DNA of 64,000 nt, from sequence record MH791414.1, one strand, 5' to 3'. The notes beneath the pieces are model-generated. The model saw only the letters and a list, made by a program, of their open reading frames with translations. It was not told the origin of the DNA and ran no database searches. How positions within the stretch are numbered: the stretch's first letter is position 1; each line of letters opens with the position of its first letter. Of this stretch, positions 40,686 to 47,496 are shown one piece after another. The position numbers and the translations under genes were made by a program.

Positions 40686-41333
40686 ATGAAAATAATTGTA
40701 TTGAATGGGAAAGAGTATTCTATCCCAGTTTGTTGTAAATATTTGGGTGTTGACCCGGATGGTGAAATTTTTTGTTATGTAGAAAAGCCGATTCGATATT
40801 ATTCTAATAACGATTGGATTTTTGTTCCACCGAAAGAAAACGAGGATGATGCGTTTTATATTGGAAAAGTAGAAAATAAAAATCTTCTTGGTTTGTGTAT
40901 TTCTCTTGATGAAAATACTGAATATAACGAAACTTCTTGTTGGGTAAGGCTTGGTTCTTATAATATCCCAAACCGAAACGGACGAGTTATCCATATAACA
41001 GAACCTCTTTTACAACAGTTTAAAGATAAACTACCAAAAAAGATCAACCACGGACAAAATACACTTAAAAACAATAATTTTTATGATGCACCGAATCCAG
41101 TTGGTACTATTAACGATATCTCTTGGGAACTTCGTGATAACGGTATAATGCATGTTTATGGTAATATATCAAAATACGATAACCCGGTTTGGGATAAGTT
41201 TTGTGGCGATCATGACTTCTCATTAAGAGCGGTTGGAACGATTCGAAAAACCGACAGTCTTATTCACGAGGATGTTTCTAATATCATTTCTTGGGATCTA
41301 GAAGATTTTGATCTGATTGAAAAAAGATTTTAA
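40686..41333 (+). CDS. Hypothetical protein with prohead-protease-like C-terminal motifs
   Basis: NRNGRVI, NH and PVG.I...FSLRAVG resemble T4 gp21-type protease motifs. Confidence 0.55.
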   Translation: MKIIVLNGKEYSIPVCCKYLGVDPDGEIFCYVEKPIRYYSNNDWIFVPPKENEDDAFYIGKVENKNLLGLCISLDENTEYNETSCWVRLGSYNIPNRNGRVIHITEPLLQQFKDKLPKKINHGQNTLKNNNFYDAPNPVGTINDISWELRDNGIMHVYGNISKYDNPVWDKFCGDHDFSLRAVGTIRKTDSLIHEDVSNIISWDLEDFDLIEKRF

Positions 41334-41365
41334 TTTTTTTATTAAAAATATGAGAGTATAATATT

Positions 41366-42493
41366 ATGGGTTCTTTTAATACAGTTTGTGGTGTAACAAA
41401 GCATATTGTTTCTTGTGGTGAACCGGTGGTTTTGCTACCGGTGGTTTCGAGGCATGGTGACATGATCCCCGCTTCTGCTGGTGTGTCTATCTCAGATCGA
41501 TATTGTCTTGCTTTTCATCTACCTCTATTCGCTGTATATGACGATTATGGGTGTTTTGATATTGAACCGGGGGAGATTTATGACTCGTTTGTTGATGTAG
41601 TTAAAACTAATTACGTAAAGAATGAGCTTGATCCTAATGTAGATAGTCAATATCAAGATTATGTAAATGTTGATGTGGAAGACCTTTTTTCCAATAAGAT
41701 GCGTTTTCAAGATTTGATGCATGACGAAAAACTGTTTGTCAAATCGCCGAAATATAACAAATCTAAAAAGTCTAGACTAATGTTCATGGTCATCAAACGT
41801 TCTGTTTGGGATGAGATGGTCTTTGCTGGGTACGAATATCAGGCTAAAGCGTGGAATAGCGATTATTACACTAAGAGTATCAAACTAATCAATAAAGCTT
41901 TTGATAAAATATCAGATATGGAAGTCCTATCAAAAGAAGAATTGGAATCAAAAGCGAATACTAAGTTTGAGAAGATGAAAAACCTACTTGAAGAAGATTT
42001 TTCGGATCTTGGTGTTGGATTGGAATATTTTATTGGTAGAACTGGTTGTTTGGGTGTATACTCTGATGTTGTTAATACGTCGTATGATTGTCCATTTGAT
42101 ACATCAAATCAAACCGAAAATTCTGTTCGGGTTGTTGCAAAAAACAGAGATTTGTTTTATGATCTAAAAGCTGTAATTTCAACAATGCAAATGTTGAACA
42201 TCGAATTTTACCCACAAATGTACGGTCGTCAAAGTTACAACCATGCAGATCATGCAAAGCTTATGTGTAAATTGCAGCTTGCGGGTCATAATAATGACCT
42301 TAATACTATTGGCTATATGGATTGTAATTTCCGTGTTCGTGTGAAGAAAGATAAACTAGATCAGTTTTGTTCTGACAAAAATTGGAATTCAAAAGAACCG
42401 GATTTAAAGCTTGACAATGGAAAGTACGTTGTGATAGAATCTAAGTACGGTGAATTGAATGATTACCGAGATGTAGAAATCGTAAGTATTTGA
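41366..42493 (+). CDS. Hypothetical protein (375 aa)
   Basis: Long ORF with SD; MGSFNTVCGVT N-terminus; function unknown. Confidence 0.8.
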   Translation: MGSFNTVCGVTKHIVSCGEPVVLLPVVSRHGDMIPASAGVSISDRYCLAFHLPLFAVYDDYGCFDIEPGEIYDSFVDVVKTNYVKNELDPNVDSQYQDYVNVDVEDLFSNKMRFQDLMHDEKLFVKSPKYNKSKKSRLMFMVIKRSVWDEMVFAGYEYQAKAWNSDYYTKSIKLINKAFDKISDMEVLSKEELESKANTKFEKMKNLLEEDFSDLGVGLEYFIGRTGCLGVYSDVVNTSYDCPFDTSNQTENSVRVVAKNRDLFYDLKAVISTMQMLNIEFYPQMYGRQSYNHADHAKLMCKLQLAGHNNDLNTIGYMDCNFRVRVKKDKLDQFCSDKNWNSKEPDLKLDNGKYVVIESKYGELNDYRDVEIVSI

Positions 42494-42541
42494 GTTAAAT
42501 CATGCATTTGGGGTGAAAATAGTAGCCCTAAATAATATTAT

Positions 42542-42634
42542 GGTAGGTTGGCAGAGGTGGATTATTGCAACGGTCTTGAAAACCGTCGGCGGGAGAAATC
42601 TCGTCCGTGGGTTCGAATCCCACACCTACCTCCA
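42542..42634 (+). tRNA. tRNA-Ser(TGA)
   Basis: ACGGT-CTTGAAA-ACCGT; long variable arm; TCCA end; CTAAATA at 42528 upstream. Confidence 0.92.
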
Positions 42635-42638
42635 AAAT

Positions 42639-42731
42639 GCGCGAGTGGCGAAGTTGGTTGAAACGCATCGGACTTAAAATCCGATACTGCATAATGGCAC
42701 ACCGTGGGTTCGATTCCCACCTCGCGTACCA
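42639..42731 (+). tRNA. tRNA-Leu(TAA)
   Basis: TCGGA-CTTAAAA-TCCGA; ACCA end. Confidence 0.92.
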
Positions 42732-42740
42732 TAATTAAAT

Positions 42741-42840
42741 GGTTCTGCCCTTACTAATTTAGAGCGAGATAAGCCCTCGCAGATGGTGATGGTAATCCGC
42801 AAGAAGACCATAAACAAAGGCTAATTGGTGAGAACCACCA
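42741..42840 (+). ncRNA. Putative ~100-nt structured RNA ending in ACCA
   Basis: GGTTCT pairs with AGAACC followed by ACCA; extended closing stem and two internal hairpins; no TTCR T-loop. Confidence 0.55.
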
Positions 42841-42891
42841 ATGGGGATCGCGACAGAATCATTTAATTATGGATTATTTTGGAATTTTATT

Positions 42892-43233
42892 ATGAATAAA
42901 TTACAACGGGAAACTTATCAAAAAGACGTTTCTTTTCTTGTAAGGAAAGGTTTGACAATTCAACAAGCTTCTCTTGTTGTAAAACAAACAAAGCCTGAAT
43001 ATGATATGCAAGAAAATATCTATCGATATTTTAACAAAGACAACAAGGAAACTTATGTGATCCAACGTTTGGGTAAATGTTGTGGTCCATGGCTGAGTGT
43101 AAGTTGTCGAAAACTCAACAAAAAAGGTTTTATTAAGTTTGATTTTTCTGATATAATCTATGTTGAGTATATGGGTATGAAAGTCGAGGCTCATAGAGTC
43201 ATTTTTGGGAATGTACCAAATGTTATCGTTTAA
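42892..43233 (+). CDS. Hypothetical protein (113 aa)
   Basis: Start reassigned to ATG 42892 after a GGA SD. Confidence 0.65.
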   Translation: MNKLQRETYQKDVSFLVRKGLTIQQASLVVKQTKPEYDMQENIYRYFNKDNKETYVIQRLGKCCGPWLSVSCRKLNKKGFIKFDFSDIIYVEYMGMKVEAHRVIFGNVPNVIV

Positions 43234-43384
43234 AGAATATATTTCTTTGGAAGAAAAAATTGAACATAGAAATGGAAAATGGTATGTTATGGATTCTACT
43301 GGTTCTAAGGAATTGGGTGAACATGACTCCAAAGAAAAAGCCGTTGCTCAACTTCAAGCCATAGAAATAAACAAACATAAATAA
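43220..43384 (+). CDS. Small protein with capsid-targeting-like N-terminus (54 aa)
   Basis: Manual translation MLSFKEYISLEEKIEHRNGKWYVMDSTGSKELGEHDSKEKAVAQLQAIEINKHK. Confidence 0.7.
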   Translation: MLSFKEYISLEEKIEHRNGKWYVMDSTGSKELGEHDSKEKAVAQLQAIEINKHK

Positions 43385-43413
43385 TTCACTCCCCTAAATA
43401 TTTGTGTTACAAT
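43385..43413 (+). promoter_or_regulatory. Nested promoters: TTCACT-N17-TACAAT with CTAAATA (43394-43400) in the spacer
   Basis: Directly upstream of the main tRNA array. Confidence 0.65.
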
Positions 43414-43437
43414 AGAAAATATAAAATCTTCTTTGGC

Positions 43438-43514
43438 GGTTCGTTAGCTCAGTTGGTTAGAGCGCCCGCCTGTTAAGTGGAAGGTCGTGGGTTCAAGTCC
43501 CACACGAACCGCCA
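43438..43514 (+). tRNA. tRNA-Asn(GTT)
   Basis: Anticodon loop CTGTTAA; GCCA end. Confidence 0.9.
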
Positions 43515-43528
43515 AAGAGGATTTTAAT

Positions 43529-43666
43529 CGCTTGTTGAACGTGGGAAAATAGCAAAATCAGGGAAAGTTGTGCACGACGGAACCTTAAAGTAGCTTTCTA
43601 AGTACCTGTTGTCTGGCAGTTCACACATACGTATATTTGTGATGGGTTCGAGACCCTAACAAGCGT
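43529..43666 (+). ncRNA. ~140-nt RNA with tRNA-like acceptor and T arm (T4 RNA C-like)
   Basis: CGCTTGTT pairs with AACAAGCG; GGG-TTCGAGA-CCC T arm; large non-tRNA body. Confidence 0.6.
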
Positions 43667-43675
43667 CCTAATTCT

Positions 43676-43753
43676 GGAGACTTTGGTGTATGGCGCACGG
43701 TACGTTATAAACCAGCGTACAAGAAACTCCCGTTCGAATCGGTAGGGTCTCCC
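43676..43753 (+). ncRNA. tRNA-like RNA with 11-nt anticodon loop
   Basis: Acceptor GGAGACT/GGTCTCC, D arm, stem GTACG/CGTAC around TTATAAACCAG, T loop TTCGAAT. Confidence 0.6.
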
Positions 43754-43784
43754 CTAAATTCTTATAATTTAAAAGAGGTTGTCT

Positions 43785-44104
43785 ATGTCGTCGCTAAACG
43801 CAAGCCGCTTGGGCGGAAAGGAAAAAATTCGGTTTATGTAAGTGGATACACCACTGATAATAAACCAGTAGTTTGTAACGTATTTTATCAATCCGAAACA
43901 AACGGAATACCGCTTGATATTCTCATCGAGACTCTGTATAATTCGGGATATGTCATTGATTGGATTACATTCATAAATGATGCTTTAAATGTTAAGTGGA
44001 AGAAAGAAACTATATTCAAGAAGATAAAATACGCTTTTGACGATATAGATATCGAAAACAAAGAAAATACTCTAGATAAAATATCTACCTATCTAGACCT
44101 ATGA
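43785..44104 (+). pseudogene. Frame-split hypothetical gene (SD+ATG in one frame, 100-codon body in the -1 frame)
   Basis: ATG 43785 gives 18 aa; the -1 frame is open from 43643 to TGA 44102-44104 with no ATG/GTG/TTG. Confidence 0.55.
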
Positions 44105-44116
44105 GTTGTCATAGGT

Positions 44117-44189
44117 GTGACCATAGTAGTAATCGATAGCTATCCGGATTGTGACTCCGGGGGTACGGGTTTGAGTCCCGTTGGTCACC
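44117..44189 (+). tRNA. tRNA-His(GTG), atypical
   Basis: CCGGA-TTGTGAC-TCCGG; C73; T loop TTTGAGT; no encoded G-1 or CCA. Confidence 0.75.
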
Positions 44190-44211
44190 CCTATGACAAT
44201 TTAAAACAATT

Positions 44212-44297
44212 GGGTGTGTAACCGGTAATTGGTAGCCGCACGGTCTGTAAAACCGTTCCCTCTGGGACTGATGGTTCGAGTCCATCCACACCCACCA
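44212..44297 (+). tRNA. tRNA-Tyr(GTA)
   Basis: ACGGT-CTGTAAA-ACCGT; long variable arm; ACCA end. Confidence 0.92.
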
Positions 44298-44298
44298 C

Positions 44299-44374
44299 GC
44301 TGAATTAGCTCATCTGGTAGAGCGACGGTCTTGTAATCCGTAGGTGGTCCGTTCGAGTCGGACATTCAGCACCA
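44299..44374 (+). tRNA. tRNA-Thr(TGT)
   Basis: Loop CTTGTAA; ACCA end. Confidence 0.9.
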
Positions 44375-44380
44375 ATTTCC

Positions 44381-44457
44381 GGTCCCTTAGCTCAGTTGGT
44401 TAGAGCAACCGACTCATAATCGGTGGGTCGCTGGTTCGAGTCCAGCAGGGATCACCA
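44381..44457 (+). tRNA. tRNA(CAT), Ile2-type
   Basis: ACCGA-CTCATAA-TCGGT; body closely resembles enterobacterial ileX. Confidence 0.8.
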
Positions 44458-44478
44458 GATTTAAAAGGAAAATAATTT

Positions 44479-44718
44479 GTGAAAATGGAATATGTCGGTG
44501 ATAATAGATTGAAATCGTTTCACGTAAATTCACCGGATGAATTATTCTCATATAAGCATATTGGATTTTCGAAATGGGATCTTGAAATATTATCATCTAA
44601 GATATCAAAAATAGATGTGGTTTATTGGTCTGATACCCCACCTTGGATAAAAGAAGATAAAATATCTTGGAGTATTGACAAAGATCGTCTGGTTGATTAC
44701 ATTAATAAGCTGTTATGA
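44479..44718 (+). CDS. Hypothetical protein (79 aa)
   Basis: AAGGA SD; lies between tRNAs. Confidence 0.6.
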   Translation: MKMEYVGDNRLKSFHVNSPDELFSYKHIGFSKWDLEILSSKISKIDVVYWSDTPPWIKEDKISWSIDKDRLVDYINKLL

Positions 44719-44822
44719 GTCCCACAGCTTTCAAAATTATCAAATGGGATGTTGATGCGCGTATGTAGCCGGGTTATAATGACCAAGATTCATGAAGGGT
44801 AAAAGACTACCCTAAATATCTG

Positions 44823-44896
44823 TGCGGGGTCGAGAAGTGGTGTCTCATGGGACTCATTATCCCACTACGCAGGTTCGAATCCTGCCTCCGCTTCCA
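44823..44896 (+). tRNA. tRNA-Met(CAT), initiator-like
   Basis: Unpaired 1:72, A11:U24, TGGGA-CTCATTA-TCCCA; CTAAATA at 44812. Confidence 0.8.
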
Positions 44897-44900
44897 AATT

Positions 44901-44973
44901 CGGTGTGTAACTCAGTCGGTTAGAGGACGGGCAACTTGCCCGTTGGTCGCGGGTTCGAGTCCCGTCACACCAA
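44901..44973 (+). ncRNA. tRNA-like RNA with self-paired anticodon loop
   Basis: Normal D and T arms; anticodon arm ACGGGCA-ACT-TGCCCGT lacks U33. Confidence 0.65.
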
Positions 44974-44998
44974 ATAGTTTTATTATGAGGTTTTTATT

Positions 44999-45193
44999 AT
45001 GTCTTCAATTAAAAATATAGTTGAAAACTGGACTGTTGGTGAAGGGATCATTCATTGGAAGAATAAAACTTCTAGTTTAGTGGTTTTTGGATTTGCTCCA
45101 AACGGAGAACCTGCCTTTAAGTTCAAAGGAAAAGAAAGATTGACATCAATACGTCAGGTAGAAAAATCTATTTTATCTGCAAAATTGATTTAA
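44999..45193 (+). CDS. Hypothetical protein (64 aa)
   Basis: GAGGT SD. Confidence 0.65.
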   Translation: MSSIKNIVENWTVGEGIIHWKNKTSSLVVFGFAPNGEPAFKFKGKERLTSIRQVEKSILSAKLI

Positions 45194-45199
45194 TAAAAT

Positions 45200-45275
45200 G
45201 CGTCGTTAGTTCAGTTGGTAGAACACCGGACTTTTAATCCGGGGGTCACTGGTTCGAGCCCAGTACGGCGTACCA
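45200..45275 (+). tRNA. tRNA-Lys(TTT)
   Basis: CCGGA-CTTTTAA-TCCGG; ACCA end. Confidence 0.92.
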
Positions 45276-45281
45276 AATTTC

Positions 45282-45358
45282 GGGGGATTAGCTCAGTTGG
45301 AATGAGCGACTGGTTTGCAACCAGTAGGTCATCGGTTCGAGCCCGATATCCTCCACCA
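45282..45358 (+). tRNA. tRNA-Ala(TGC)
   Basis: ACTGG-TTTGCAA-CCAGT; G3:U70 identity pair. Confidence 0.93.
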
Positions 45359-45369
45359 AATAATTTCAA

Positions 45370-45444
45370 GCCTGTATGGTGTTAATGGTAACATGTCGTC
45401 CTTCCAAGTCGAAGTTCCGGGTTCGAGTCCCGATTCAGGCTCCA
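45370..45444 (+). tRNA. tRNA-Gly(TCC)
   Basis: Loop CTTCCAA; TCCA end. Confidence 0.9.
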
Positions 45445-45558
45445 AAAGAAATAAGGCATAGGGCTCTAGATTCCTAGTCAGTTTCTCACCCCTAGTTGCT
45501 GCATATACCCCGACTTTTCCGTGACTGGTGTAAAAAGGTTTGGGTAAACGTATTAAAT

Positions 45559-45637
45559 CCGCGTGTAGGCTAGTCAGGTCGAGGTCGTCTGGTTTGGGAC
45601 CAGAAAGTCGGGTGTTCGAATCACCCCACGCGGACCA
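45559..45637 (+). tRNA. tRNA-Pro(TGG)
   Basis: TCTGG-TTTGGGA-CCAGA; ACCA end. Confidence 0.92.
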
Positions 45638-45639
45638 AA

Positions 45640-46285
45640 TTCTATAGAGTGAGTAACCGGTTGCAAACGGACTCATAAAGTCGTCAAACCTTAGTACCCT
45701 CTCCCGAAAATATCGGTGATGCGACTAAAATGAAGGCGCAAATTGAGAATTTATTTTCACAAAGCTATTGCTTCTGGATTTAAATTCTCAGATACTCTTA
45801 ATTTGAGCGGGTTACTGGTCATCCCCTCGTAAAACAATATCAAAATCTTAGTGGTTCGGTCGCGACATATGAACCAAGAGTATCTGAGAATTTAAGTTTA
45901 AAAGAACTTCCTTCGGGAATGGGGTACATAGACGGGGCGCACCCCATTGTACCGACGCTTTAAGTAGCCCGTGCGAGAGACTAAAAAGCTGACCCTACCC
46001 TCTCCCAGTAATGGTGATGGAGCTTCCTTTCCTGTAATAAGGTTCCAGTCCGTGACGGGTAAAAGGTTACATAAGGAGAATTGCTTGTGAATGACCACTG
46101 ATTCAAGCCAACACATAAGCGCGTCTATCATGACGATAAATAGGCTTAGATTCCCGTAAGGGCCTAAGCGTAAAAGTAACGAGCAAGACCGTCTTACAGG
46201 CGTAGCCCATTGGGGTGATGATGTTTGTATGTTTGGGCTCGGGTAGCCAATGCTATTAAGTCTGGTGATGGTGCGACCAGATCTT
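45640..46285 (+). ncRNA. Putative large structured ncRNA tract
   Basis: No credible ORF; many hairpins with UUCG and GNRA loops; perfect 20-bp inverted repeat. Confidence 0.55.
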
Positions 46286-46289
46286 TTCT

Positions 46290-46364
46290 AGGGTGTTAGT
46301 ATAGCGGTATTATGCCGGATTCCAAATCCGTGCGACTGGGGTTCGAATCCTCAACACCCTGCCA
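46290..46364 (+). tRNA. tRNA-Trp(CCA)
   Basis: Loop TTCCAAA; GCCA end. Confidence 0.9.
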
Positions 46365-46387
46365 AATTTTAATGAGATGATTATATT

Positions 46388-46606
46388 ATGAAAATTGTTC
46401 GTAAGAATGGTGATGAAATTATTTTTCATACACAGGTTAGTAAATTCTATGGCGTTATTAAAGAAGGTGTTCTTTATGTTGGTACATCTCCGACAACTAA
46501 ACCATCTGTAGAAAGTTCTGTGTTTATTATAAATATGGATGATGTAGCTTATTTCCATGAAAGAAATGAAAACCAATTTGATTACTATTTCGCCCCTAAT
46601 AAGTAA
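46388..46606 (+). CDS. Hypothetical protein (72 aa)
   Basis: GAG SD; lies between tRNAs. Confidence 0.65.
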   Translation: MKIVRKNGDEIIFHTQVSKFYGVIKEGVLYVGTSPTTKPSVESSVFIINMDDVAYFHERNENQFDYYFAPNK

Positions 46607-46664
46607 TTTTGGATGATCTTGTTACTTTGTACAAAGAAGCGTAAGTAACGGAAAAACCGTCTTA

Positions 46665-46740
46665 GGTGGATTAGCTCAGTAGGTAGAGCAAACGACCGAT
46701 AATCGTTTGGTCGCTGGTTCAAGTCCAGCATTCACCACCA
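46665..46740 (+). tRNA. tRNA-Ile(GAT)
   Basis: AACGA-CCGATAA-TCGTT; ACCA end. Confidence 0.92.
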
Positions 46741-46746
46741 AATTCA

Positions 46747-46834
46747 GGAGAAGTGGATGAGCGGTTTAAATCGCTCCCCTGCTAAGGGAGTAAACCGAAA
46801 GGTTTCGAGAGTTCGAATCTCTCTTTCTCCGCCA
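46747..46834 (+). tRNA. tRNA-Ser(GCT)
   Basis: CTCCC-CTGCTAA-GGGAG; long variable arm; GCCA end. Confidence 0.93.
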
Positions 46835-46840
46835 AATATA

Positions 46841-46917
46841 GAGGATGTAGTAGAGTTGGTTAATATTCCAGCCTGTCACGTTGGAGATCGCGGGTTCGAG
46901 CCCCGTCATCCTCGCCA
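46841..46917 (+). tRNA. tRNA-Asp(GTC)
   Basis: CCAGC-CTGTCAC-GTTGG; GCCA end. Confidence 0.92.
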
Positions 46918-46973
46918 AATTAGGCCCATCTCAGCCTTTAATGAGACGTAGAAACTAACCAAAAGGAAATGAT

Positions 46974-47225
46974 ATGAGTCGAACAATTCGCCGTCGTAGT
47001 TTTTCAAAGGCACTTGCGGAAATCTGGGATCATGTTGTAATTACAAGAGAACAGAAATTGAGAAAGACAAAAACATTGGATAGTGAAGCAAAGGACCGTC
47101 AAAATCAAATTCGTCGTTCAGAAACGGTTCGCCTGAAGAAAGATATCATGGAAGGAAAAGAAGTGTTTCCAGCCAATGATAAATATTCGAAGGTAAAGGT
47201 TAACTCTGGTTATCAATATTGTTGA
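46974..47225 (+). CDS. Small basic hypothetical protein (83 aa)
   Basis: AAGGA SD; MSRTIRRR N-terminus. Confidence 0.7.
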   Translation: MSRTIRRRSFSKALAEIWDHVVITREQKLRKTKTLDSEAKDRQNQIRRSETVRLKKDIMEGKEVFPANDKYSKVKVNSGYQYC

Positions 47226-47232
47226 GGTTTTT

Positions 47233-47450
47233 ATGTTCCGTGAGGAAGATTGGTTTTAAGTGTATAGTCCCGCATAAAACGGGACAACGGCGTCAAACTT
47301 TAACGAGCCGAGGGGAAAGGTGATCCCCTGTTAAAGTCACTAGACGAAAAGAATCCATATAGACCCCATCATATGGATCCGTTTATAGGGGATGGAATGA
47401 CCCACCATTTATATAAGGGTTGGCGTCCGACACCAAGGGCGTCTTTTTGG
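47233..47450 (+). ncRNA. Putative structured RNA preceded by an 8-codon micro-ORF
   Basis: Series of strong hairpins ending at a terminator; micro-ORF MFREEDWF with GAGGT SD. Confidence 0.5.
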
Positions 47451-47496
47451 AAAAAGGGCATACGTTACCATTTGGCTGTGGGCGTATGCCCTTTTT
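47451..47496 (+). terminator. Intrinsic terminator
   Basis: AAAAAGGGCATACG...CGTATGCCCTTTTT; followed by CTAAATA at 47503. Confidence 0.8.

Noticed and set aside
41357-41362. TATAAT just before the 41366 ORF as a promoter
   Set aside because: No credible -35, and the start site would fall at or after the ATG; a GAGAG SD explains the region.
45960-46270. Group I intron (AGAGACTA resembles the P7 5' strand)
   Set aside because: No matching AAGATATAGTC-type partner strand or interrupted host gene recognised; kept only as an unexplained structured RNA.
44109-46951. ORFs overlapping tRNA genes (44109-44291, 44414-44596, 45329-45676, 46310-46576, 46757-46951)
   Set aside because: Artefacts of reading through GC-rich tRNA genes.
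45640-47450. tmRNA, RNase P RNA or hammerhead ribozyme
   Set aside because: Did not see the tmRNA GGGG..GATTCGAC start with T-arm/CCA end, the RNase P GAGGAAAGTCC/CGGCTTA pair, or a hammerhead CTGATGA core.
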